A stretch of 64,000 bases of DNA, from assembly GCA_963813295.1 (NCBI GenBank), contig CAWEYN010000004.1:3058-67057 (forward strand). The letters are read 5' to 3'. The stretch's first letter is position 1; each line of letters begins with the position of its first letter. Source of the DNA: an uncultured Nitrospira sp. Its GTDB lineage: Bacteria; Nitrospirota; Thermodesulfovibrionia; Thermodesulfovibrionales; UBA6898. Shown here piece after piece: positions 38,965 to 46,529 of the stretch. Below the pieces are notes generated by a model. The model did no database searches. It was not told where the DNA came from and saw only the letters and a program-made list of their open reading frames with translations. A program made the position numbers and the translations under genes.

Positions 38965-41163
38965 ATGTCCAAGTTAATAGCCTCGGCGGCTATAAGAGCG
39001 TCGCATGAGCTTGTGAAACGTGCAGATGAGATGTTGCAGAAGGCCATTTCAGCACACGGTGAAAATTTTGTCTTTGAATTTCCTGATACCGCTTTTTATC
39101 TCCCCATGATATATGCGATGACAGGTTTTCCGGTCAAGACTATCGGCGATATGAAGGAGGCACTTGAAAGGACTAAGGGCCTGCTGCATGATGAGCCGGA
39201 TGAAGTATTGTGGAAACCCTATCTGGGTGAGGCACTTGATTCAGGCATGGCAACCCTTTTTGCAGAGGAGATCATAATGGCCCTCCGTTATATCGAGGGG
39301 CTTGAACCGGTCAAAGACCCGGATACAGGCTTTGAATATAACGGGTTTATTACGGATACGATACAGCGCAATCTCGGTATACAGCTTGTTGACGGCACCA
39401 TGCCCGGGTTTGCCGCGATTATCGGGGCCGCACCTGATGACGAGACAGCGGTTAAAATAGTCAGGGAACTTCAGGAGAAGAACATACTCACCTTTCTTTC
39501 AGGAAATACGAATGGCAACAGCGTAACGAAGCAGCTGCTGAGACAGGGCGTTCCGCTGGGCTGGGACTCAAGGATTGTGCCACTCGGCCCGGACACCGAG
39601 CATACCCTTTATGCCCTTGACTGGGCGATCAGGGCCTCCCTGATATTTGGCAATAAAAAGCCGGGGGACTTCAAGGAGCATCTCAAATACCAGAAAGACA
39701 GGGTCTTTGCCTTTGCCATGGTGCTTGGCCCGCTCAACGACATCATCTGGTCGACAGGAGCTGGCGCCATCAATATGGGCTTTCCTGCAGTTGCTGATAC
39801 TGACATCCCTGTCATACATCCTACAGGTGTCTGTATATATGAGGAGGTTGATAAGGAATTTGACCACAGCAAGATCGTGCAGAAGGCGATAGAGGTCAGG
39901 GGGCTTAAGATTGTGGTTGAGAAACCGCCGATTCCTGTTGCCTACGGGCCTGCTTTTGAAGGAGAGAGGATCAGGAAAGAAGACATGTTCATCGAGTTCG
40001 GTGGACAAAGGACCCCTGCATTTGAGTGGGTCAGGACAAAGGAACTTGAAGAGATAGAGGACAACAAAGTCATCATCGTCGGCGAGAACTGGCAGGAGAG
40101 GTTCGAAAAGGGCGGAATGATGCCGCTTGGCATGGTCATCGATGTTGCAGGACGAAAGATGCAGAAGGACTTTGAATCTGTTATTGAAAGAAAGATACAT
40201 CACAACCTCAATGAGGCCCAGGGGCTTTGGCATATGGGCCAGCGTGACATCAACTGGGTCAGGATCAGCAACCAGGCAAAAAAGGACGGCCTTACCCTTG
40301 AGCATGTCGGTCTCGTCCAGTCGACGATGACCCATGCAAGGTTCAAATCTATTGTAGACAAGGTCCAGGTGACGCTTTATGTTGATGAAAAGGATGTGCT
40401 TGCAATGCAGGAGGAGGCCCGGAAGTCGTATAAGGAGCGTGACCAGAGAGTCGGAAGCATGACTGACGAGTCGGTGGATACCTTCTATTCCTGTCTGCTC
40501 TGCCAGTCATTCGCACCGAGCCATACATGCGTTATCACCCCGGAGAGGCTCGGCCTCTGCGGCGCCTACAACTGGCTCGACGGAAAGGCGGCCTACGAGA
40601 TCGATCCAACAGGCGGCAACCAGCCGATCAAAAAGGGAGAGGTCGTAGACGCACAGAAGGGTCGCTGGACAGGCGTTGATGCATATATTAAGACTGCCAC
40701 CGGTGGCGCGGTCGAGACGATGAACGCCTATACGATCATGGACAACCCGATGACGTCATGCGGATGTTTTGAGTGCATCATTGCCATTGTGCCTGAGGCA
40801 AACGGAGTAATGCTTGTTCAGCGCGGTCATACCGGTATGACCCCTGCCGGCATGAAATTTTCCACTCTGGCAGGCAGTGTTGGCGGCGGAGTGCAGGCGC
40901 CGGGATTTATGGGCGTCGGAAGAAACTTTATAACAAGTAAAAAGTTTCTTTTTGGCGACGGAGGTCTTAAAAGAATAGTTTGGATGACCAAGAACCTGAA
41001 GGAAAGTCTGAAGGACGCCTTTATCCAGAGGGCCACAGAGGCAGGGGTTCCCGACCTTCTCGATAAGATCGCGGACGAAACAAATTGCGAGGATTCCGAG
41101 AAACTCCTTGAATTTCTCTCAAGCGTAGGACATCCTGCCCTTGAGATGGACCCGATGTTTTAA
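38965..41163 (+). CDS. acsB: Acetyl-CoA synthase catalytic subunit (A-cluster)
   Basis: 732 aa. CLLCQSFAPSHTCVITPERLGLCGAYNWLD and the A-cluster motif MTSCGCFECI are present. The length matches bacterial AcsB. Confidence 0.9.
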   Translation: MSKLIASAAIRASHELVKRADEMLQKAISAHGENFVFEFPDTAFYLPMIYAMTGFPVKTIGDMKEALERTKGLLHDEPDEVLWKPYLGEALDSGMATLFAEEIIMALRYIEGLEPVKDPDTGFEYNGFITDTIQRNLGIQLVDGTMPGFAAIIGAAPDDETAVKIVRELQEKNILTFLSGNTNGNSVTKQLLRQGVPLGWDSRIVPLGPDTEHTLYALDWAIRASLIFGNKKPGDFKEHLKYQKDRVFAFAMVLGPLNDIIWSTGAGAINMGFPAVADTDIPVIHPTGVCIYEEVDKEFDHSKIVQKAIEVRGLKIVVEKPPIPVAYGPAFEGERIRKEDMFIEFGGQRTPAFEWVRTKELEEIEDNKVIIVGENWQERFEKGGMMPLGMVIDVAGRKMQKDFESVIERKIHHNLNEAQGLWHMGQRDINWVRISNQAKKDGLTLEHVGLVQSTMTHARFKSIVDKVQVTLYVDEKDVLAMQEEARKSYKERDQRVGSMTDESVDTFYSCLLCQSFAPSHTCVITPERLGLCGAYNWLDGKAAYEIDPTGGNQPIKKGEVVDAQKGRWTGVDAYIKTATGGAVETMNAYTIMDNPMTSCGCFECIIAIVPEANGVMLVQRGHTGMTPAGMKFSTLAGSVGGGVQAPGFMGVGRNFITSKKFLFGDGGLKRIVWMTKNLKESLKDAFIQRATEAGVPDLLDKIADETNCEDSEKLLEFLSSVGHPALEMDPMF

Positions 41164-41185
41164 AGGCAGCGAATAGTAGTTGGAG

Positions 41186-41212
41186 ATTAGGGGTTTAAAA
41201 CCAATCCCTAAT
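41186..41212 (+). repeat. Short hairpin of the same TTAGGG/CCCTAA word family in the acsB-cooS spacer
   Basis: ATTAGGG (41186-41192), gtttaaaaccaat, then CCCTAAT (41206-41212). It lies between the acsB stop (41163) and the cooS SD GGGAGG (41230). Confidence 0.55.
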
Positions 41213-41240
41213 GCCGAATAACAACAATAGGGAGGATGTT

Positions 41241-43226
41241 ATGTTAGAGAATATAAAAAGTGATGCCAGCGGTGCAGAAAAGATCATAAAGTGGGGTGAA
41301 GCCCACAAGATAGAGACCTGTTTCGACAGGGCTGAGAAGATGAAGCCATGTCCTATAGGAGCTGTCGGGGCCTGCTGCAAGGTATGTCATATGGGGCCAT
41401 GCAGGCTTGTCGGAAAGAATGCTGAAGAAGATGCAAGGGGCGTATGCGGAGCAACTCTTTCTACTGTTGCCGCGAGGAATTTCCTCAGGATGATCGCAGC
41501 AGGAACTGCCGCGCATTCCGACCATGCAAGAGGCATGGCCTTCACCTTGCTGGCTGTTGCTAACGGAGAGGTAAAGGACTTCAAGATCAAAGACGTGAGA
41601 AAGCTCTACCGGGTTGCCGGATATCTGAATATAGAGTTTGAAGGCAGGGAAGTGAATGCTGTTGCAAAAGATGTCGCTGAAAAACTGATAGAAGACTTCG
41701 GCAGACAAAAGGGAGAAGGCAACTTTATAACAAGGGCGCCCAAGAAGACGCAGGAACGCTGGAGAAAGTGGGGGATCGTTCCCCGCGGCGTTGACAGGGA
41801 GGTCTGCGAGGCGATGCACCGCACCAATATCGGGGTTGACCATGACCCTGATCATCTCCTTACGCAGGGTCTCAGGACAGCGCTTGCTGACGGATGGATG
41901 GGCAGTATGATTTCAACCGATGTCAGCGATATCCTCTTTGGGACACCGAAACCCATAAAGGCAGAGGCGAGCTTCGGCATATTCAAAGAAGACGAGGTCA
42001 ATCTCATCGTGCACGGCCATGAACCATTGCTTGCCGAGATTATGGTTGATGTTGTGGGCGAGCCTGAAATGATCGCATATGCAAAAACAAAGGGCGCCAA
42101 AGGGATCAATCTGGGCGGCATGTGCTGTACAGCCAATGAGGTCCTGATGAGGCATGGCATACCTACTGCCGGAGGGTTTACCAACCAGGAACTCGGGATC
42201 ATGACCGGTCTTGTTGATGCGATGACTGTCGATGTCCAGTGCATCATGCCTGCGATAGCTGAACTGTCTAAGAAGTTCCATACAAAGGTCATTACCACCT
42301 CTGAAAAGGCAAAGATGCAGGGCGCGATGCATATAGAGTTCGATGAGCACAGGGCAAAGGAAGTAGCCAGGGAGATCGTAAAGATCGCTGTAGACAACTA
42401 CCCCAACAGGACTGCTACAGGCAGCCATATTACTGAAAAAGCGCCTCTTATCGGAGGTTTTTCTCACGAATATATCGAATACATGCAGGGCGGTACCTGG
42501 AGGGGTTCCTTCAGGCCCCTCAATGACGCCATCATGGCAGGAAGGGTCCGCGGTGTTGTCGGCCTAGCAGGCTGTGACAACCCCAGGGTGCCTTCAACAG
42601 GACTGCATCATTTCCTTGCAAAAGAACTGATAAAGAATGACGTGCTGATTGTATCTACCGGCTGCGGCTCTGCTGCCTGCGGTTCAGCAGGATTTCTTAC
42701 CCCTGAGATGGCGCTTGAGAATGCCGGCCCTGGATTAAGGGAGGTATGTGAAGCAATAGGCATACCGCCGATCCTGCATCTTGGCGCGTGTGTAGACAAT
42801 TCAAGGATACTTACGATTGCCAGCGCAATGGCGGCTGAAGGCGGTCTGTCTGACGAGATAGGCGGAATGCCTGCTGTCGGCATCGCCCCTGAGTGGATGA
42901 GTGAGAAGGCGATAGCGATCGGAGCTTATTTTGCAGCATCAGGAGTGCCTGTTATATTCGGAGGAGACTCACCTGTTGAGGCCAGCACTGAAGTTACGAG
43001 GATAATGACAGAGGTGTGGATGGAGAGGTTTATGGGTGCCTTCCATTTTGAACCTGACCCTGAAAAGATACTTGCCCTTGCTCTGAAGTATATCGATGCA
43101 GCAAGGGAAAGGCTCAAACTCAGGAAATATGAGCCAGGCAAGTTCGGGGCAGAACGTGTGCTCATGGATATGGCTGCAAGACGCACTATCGAAAGTTCGG
43201 CAAAACCGCATATCGGGATTTATTAA
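41241..43226 (+). CDS. cooS: Ni-dependent carbon monoxide dehydrogenase catalytic subunit
   Basis: N-terminal D/B-cluster cysteines CPIGAVGACCKVCHMGPCRL. Also HGHEP, GMCCTANE, TGCGSAACG, and the C-cluster region HLGACVDNSR. GGGAGG lies 5 nt before ATG 41241, so this start is preferred over ATG 41211, which has no SD. Confidence 0.9.
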   Translation: MLENIKSDASGAEKIIKWGEAHKIETCFDRAEKMKPCPIGAVGACCKVCHMGPCRLVGKNAEEDARGVCGATLSTVAARNFLRMIAAGTAAHSDHARGMAFTLLAVANGEVKDFKIKDVRKLYRVAGYLNIEFEGREVNAVAKDVAEKLIEDFGRQKGEGNFITRAPKKTQERWRKWGIVPRGVDREVCEAMHRTNIGVDHDPDHLLTQGLRTALADGWMGSMISTDVSDILFGTPKPIKAEASFGIFKEDEVNLIVHGHEPLLAEIMVDVVGEPEMIAYAKTKGAKGINLGGMCCTANEVLMRHGIPTAGGFTNQELGIMTGLVDAMTVDVQCIMPAIAELSKKFHTKVITTSEKAKMQGAMHIEFDEHRAKEVAREIVKIAVDNYPNRTATGSHITEKAPLIGGFSHEYIEYMQGGTWRGSFRPLNDAIMAGRVRGVVGLAGCDNPRVPSTGLHHFLAKELIKNDVLIVSTGCGSAACGSAGFLTPEMALENAGPGLREVCEAIGIPPILHLGACVDNSRILTIASAMAAEGGLSDEIGGMPAVGIAPEWMSEKAIAIGAYFAASGVPVIFGGDSPVEASTEVTRIMTEVWMERFMGAFHFEPDPEKILALALKYIDAARERLKLRKYEPGKFGAERVLMDMAARRTIESSAKPHIGIY

Positions 43227-43248
43227 GCAGTCCATTTCCCCGGGATTC

Positions 43249-43286
43249 AAAAAACCCCCCGCCGGGCTTCCGACGGGGGGTTTTTA
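43249..43286. terminator. Bidirectional rho-independent terminator between convergent cooS and nfnB-like genes
   Basis: AAAAAA-CCCCCC-gccgggcttccgac-GGGGGG-TTTTT. There is an A-run on one side and a T-run on the other. It lies 23 nt after the cooS stop and 22 nt after the nfnB-like stop. Confidence 0.8.
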
Positions 43287-43307
43287 TTTGTCGTCGCTGG
43301 TTCGCTG

Positions 43308-44759
43308 TTATTCCCAGGTCGCCTCGTCTTTAAGGAACTTGTTGATGTCGGCGGCAGCGCGTTTTCCGGCACCCATGGCGCTTATAACCGTAGCAGCACC
43401 GGTGACAACGTCTCCGCCAGCCCATACACGCTTTTTCTTCGTCCTGCCGGTTTCGACGTCTGCGACTGCAGTACCATGCTTCGTGCGATCGAGACCGTCG
43501 GCACCAATGAATACGAGGGGATTAGGGCTTGTCCCGAGGGCCATAATCACCGTGTCCATTTCCATCTCGAATTCCGACCCCGTGATCGGCACCGGCTGTT
43601 TTCGTCCCGACTTGTCGGGTTCGCCAAGCTGCATGCGAATGCAGCGGAGGGCCCGGACATTCCCCTTTTCATCGCCCAATATCTCAACAGGATTTGTGAG
43701 GAAGTCAAAGATGACACCCTCCTCTTCCGCATGATGGAACTCTTCTGCTCTCGCCGGGACTTCATCACGGGAACGCCGGTAGATGATATGAGCCTCTCCC
43801 TGATTTCCCGCCGTACCTTCTGCCTGAATGCTCTGCAGCCTGAGGCTGCAGCGGGCCGAATCCATTGCCACATTACCTGCCCCAAGGACAGCAACCTTAT
43901 TTCCGACTTTTACCGGGGTATCGTATTCAGGGAAACGGTAGGCTTTCATAAGATTGACGCGGGTGAGAAATTCATTTGCGGACATGACGCCATTGAGGTT
44001 TATGCCTGGTATGCGCATAAAGGATGGGAGTCCGGCCCCTGTCCCGAGGAATACGGCATCATATTCAGAGAGGAGTTCGTCAAGGGTGTATGTACGTCCG
44101 ATGATGTGGTCCTTCTGTATCTTTATTCCCAGACATTCCGTCGCGTAGCTGATTTCGCCGTGCACCACTCCCTTGGGGAGACGGAATTCAGGAATGCCAT
44201 AGACGAGTACGCCGCCCGGACCGTGAAGAGACTCGAAGATGGTGATATCATGACCTTCCCTGCCGAGATCGACCGCACAGGTCAGACCCGCCGGACCTGA
44301 TCCGACTACCGCGACTCGCTTGCCTGTGGCAGGAGCCTTTACCAGGGGGCAGGTACGGTGGGACAGCTCATAGTCACCAACGAAGCGTTCGAGTCTGCCG
44401 ATAGCGACCGCCTCTCCTTTTTTGGCGAGCATGCAACTGCCTTCACATTGAACTTCCTGCGGACAGACCCTGCCGCAGATGGCGGGAAGGTTGTTCTTCA
44501 CCTTCATCCATTCCACAGCCTTCACCATGTCCCCTTCTCTGAGGGCCTTGATAAACTGGGGTATGAGCACGCCGACAGGGCATCCTTTTGCGCAATTAGG
44601 GTCCTTGCACTGTAAGCAGCGCTCAGCCTCTCTCTGCGCTGTTTCCAAGGAATAGCCGAGAGCGACTTCCTCAAAATTTACCCTTCTTTCTGCGGGAATC
44701 TGGTTTGGCATGTCGTGACGCTTTATCTTTAAGCGATCTTTTTGGGTCATTTCTGCCAT
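43308..44759 (-). CDS. nfnB: GltD/SudA-family NAD(P)H-dependent FAD/[4Fe-4S] oxidoreductase, NfnB-like
   Basis: Cys motifs CLQCKDPNCAKGCP and CGRVCPQEVQCEGSC. Dinucleotide folds VAVVGSGPAGLTCA and VAVLGAGNVAMD. The start MAEMTQKD at 44759 overlaps the upstream stop (TAATG). Confidence 0.7.
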   Translation of the reverse strand: MAEMTQKDRLKIKRHDMPNQIPAERRVNFEEVALGYSLETAQREAERCLQCKDPNCAKGCPVGVLIPQFIKALREGDMVKAVEWMKVKNNLPAICGRVCPQEVQCEGSCMLAKKGEAVAIGRLERFVGDYELSHRTCPLVKAPATGKRVAVVGSGPAGLTCAVDLGREGHDITIFESLHGPGGVLVYGIPEFRLPKGVVHGEISYATECLGIKIQKDHIIGRTYTLDELLSEYDAVFLGTGAGLPSFMRIPGINLNGVMSANEFLTRVNLMKAYRFPEYDTPVKVGNKVAVLGAGNVAMDSARCSLRLQSIQAEGTAGNQGEAHIIYRRSRDEVPARAEEFHHAEEEGVIFDFLTNPVEILGDEKGNVRALRCIRMQLGEPDKSGRKQPVPITGSEFEMEMDTVIMALGTSPNPLVFIGADGLDRTKHGTAVADVETGRTKKKRVWAGGDVVTGAATVISAMGAGKRAAADINKFLKDEATWE

Positions 44760-45637
44760 TATTTGCCCCCTGCCTTGATAGCCGCATCCAGATTGCATTT
44801 ATGTTCCCAGTGCTTCATGGCCTGTTTCTCTTCTTCACGGTAGTACTGGAGCCGTGAGAGAAGACTGCTCCAGTCCACCTTGTGACCGTCGAATTCAGGG
44901 CCGTCAACGCATACGAACTGCGCGCCGTCTTCCAGAAGCACGCGGCATCCGCCGCACATGCCGGTTCCGTCTATCATTATGGTGTTGAGGCTGACGGTGG
45001 TAGGCACGCTGTATGGTTTCGTTGTCTGGGCCACGAATTTCATCATTATGGCCGGCCCTATCGCCCAGACATGGGAGATTTTCTTTTGCTGATTCTCAAG
45101 GAGTTCTTTGAGGGGTTCGGTTACAAGGGTCTTTCTGCCGCGAGAGCCATCATCAGTGCAAACGAAGATTTCATCTGAAACTGCCTCCATCTTGTCCTCC
45201 CAGAACAGGAGATCTTTGTTTCGTGCACCGATGATGGAAATGACCTCATTGCCGGCTTCCTTCAGGGAACGGGCTATGGGGAAGATGGGAGCTATGCCGA
45301 CTCCGCCGCCCATGCAGACCACTGTGCCGTAGTTCCTGATTTCCGTCGGATGTCCGAGAGGTCCCGCAAAGGTTGCTACACTGTCTCCCGGCTGAAGTTT
45401 CCCCAGGTGGATAGTCGTTTTCCCGACTTCCTGGAAGATGATGGTAATGGTCCCTGTTTCCCGGCTGTAATCCGCGATCGTCAGAGGAATCCGTTCCCCC
45501 TGATCATCGATGCGCAGGATCACGAATTGACCTGCCTTAGCTTTTCCCGCAATGTGTGGGGCCTGAATTTCCATGAGTTTTGTCGTTTCACTGAGTGCTT
45601 CTTTTTTTACTATCTTGTACACTCTTTTCTTCCTCAC
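44759..45637 (-). CDS. nfnA: Ferredoxin-NADP reductase-like FAD/[2Fe-2S] subunit (SudB/PyrK-like), NfnA-like
   Basis: RIPLTIADY (FAD), GGGVGIAPIFPIA (NAD(P)), and the C-terminal CGGCRV...FVCVDGP [2Fe-2S] motif. It is translationally coupled to the GltD-like gene. Confidence 0.7.
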   Translation of the reverse strand: MRKKRVYKIVKKEALSETTKLMEIQAPHIAGKAKAGQFVILRIDDQGERIPLTIADYSRETGTITIIFQEVGKTTIHLGKLQPGDSVATFAGPLGHPTEIRNYGTVVCMGGGVGIAPIFPIARSLKEAGNEVISIIGARNKDLLFWEDKMEAVSDEIFVCTDDGSRGRKTLVTEPLKELLENQQKKISHVWAIGPAIMMKFVAQTTKPYSVPTTVSLNTIMIDGTGMCGGCRVLLEDGAQFVCVDGPEFDGHKVDWSSLLSRLQYYREEEKQAMKHWEHKCNLDAAIKAGGK

Positions 45638-45848
45638 ATCCCCTATCCTTGGATAAAAGATGCCTTTCTATTAATATCATTTATATTATCATAAATAAGT
45701 TCGGTTTTAGCAATGAGAAGATAAATTTTTCCAGGATTTTTTGCGGGCGGTCTGTTCCGGGCTAATAACATCGGATTTCAGTCTTCTGATCTTCCGCGAG
45801 ACGGAGGCCAGCTATAATGCGCTGATCATATAGCTTAATCTTATTGAT

Positions 45849-45873
45849 CTTATAAGTTTATAAAATTAAAAAA
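45849..45873. promoter_or_regulatory. Second copy of the CTTATAAG-TTTATAAA-(A)TTAAAAAA element, in the divergent nfnA / nuoE-like promoter region
   Basis: cttataagtttataaaattaaaaaa lies 212 nt from the nfnA-like start (45637) and 168 nt from the nuoE-like start (46041). See 35292-35316. Confidence 0.6.
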
Positions 45874-45874
45874 T

Positions 45875-45903
45875 AGGACAAGAAGAAATTTTTGTGTTAA
45901 ACT
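45875..45903 (+). promoter_or_regulatory. Candidate extended -10 promoter for the nuoE-like operon
   Basis: aggaca (45875-45880), a 17-nt spacer ending in TGt, and TAAACT (45898-45903). It lies immediately downstream of the shared palindrome. A ~135-nt leader contains the hairpin atataacc-N22-ggttatat. Confidence 0.3.
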
Positions 45904-46040
45904 GAAAATCCTTAAAATTCGGTTGGATAAGACTTTATATAACCTTTTGCAGCTGGACAGGATAACGGTTATATCGTACGGATTACCGGGGCTGATCTGC
46001 CGAATGCAATGGTAACAAAAAAGACCGCTGAGGAGGTTTG

Positions 46041-46526
46041 ATGAAGATCGAAGAAATTGATTTCGATGAAAAGATAGGCAATGTGGGGGAAGTTCTTACG
46101 GATGCCCAGAAGAAGAGGGGCGTCCTCATCCATGCCTTTCAGAGCATACAGAAGGAATACAACTATCTGCCTGAAGATGTATTAAATGCACTGGCCAGGA
46201 AACTTGACATCCCTTTGGCGGAAGTCTACAGTACAGCTTCTTTTTACAAACACTTTTATTTCAAACCGAGGGGCAGAAATGTTCTCTGCGTGTGTGTGGG
46301 CACAGCATGTCATGTAAGGGGGGCCGGCAAGGTGCTCGAGAAGATAGAGGAGTCCTTCGGGATAAAGGAGGGTGAGACAACACCCGACATGTCCCTGACC
46401 CTTGAGACAGTGGGCTGCGTTGGCTGCTGCGGCCTTGCACCTGTTGTTACGGTCAACGAAGAAGTCGTAGGCGACCTCAATCCAAAGAAGGTCAACGAGA
46501 TCATAAAAATGGTCGAAGGAAAGTAA
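46041..46526 (+). CDS. NuoE/HndA-like thioredoxin-fold [2Fe-2S] subunit
   Basis: CVCVGTACHVRGAGKVLE and GCVGCCGLAPVV provide the four Cys of the NuoE-type cluster. GAGGAGG lies upstream of ATG 46041. Confidence 0.85.
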   Translation: MKIEEIDFDEKIGNVGEVLTDAQKKRGVLIHAFQSIQKEYNYLPEDVLNALARKLDIPLAEVYSTASFYKHFYFKPRGRNVLCVCVGTACHVRGAGKVLEKIEESFGIKEGETTPDMSLTLETVGCVGCCGLAPVVTVNEEVVGDLNPKKVNEIIKMVEGK

Positions 46527-46529
46527 GCC

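Noticed and set aside
39568-40335. Long antisense or out-of-frame ORFs lie inside well-supported genes, e.g. 39568..40335, 41244..41855, 41852..42397, 50143..51015, 8508..8873, 12689..13120, 14073..14792, 43476..44300 and 35811..36353.
   Set aside because: They lie entirely within strongly conserved genes on the other strand or frame. They have Arg/Ser/Pro-rich shadow-ORF composition, no SD and no recognisable motifs.
41211-41240. ATG 41211 is used as the cooS start in the ORF track.
   Set aside because: It has no SD upstream and the codons overlap the ATTAGGG/CCCTAAT hairpin. ATG 41241 has GGGAGG at optimal spacing.
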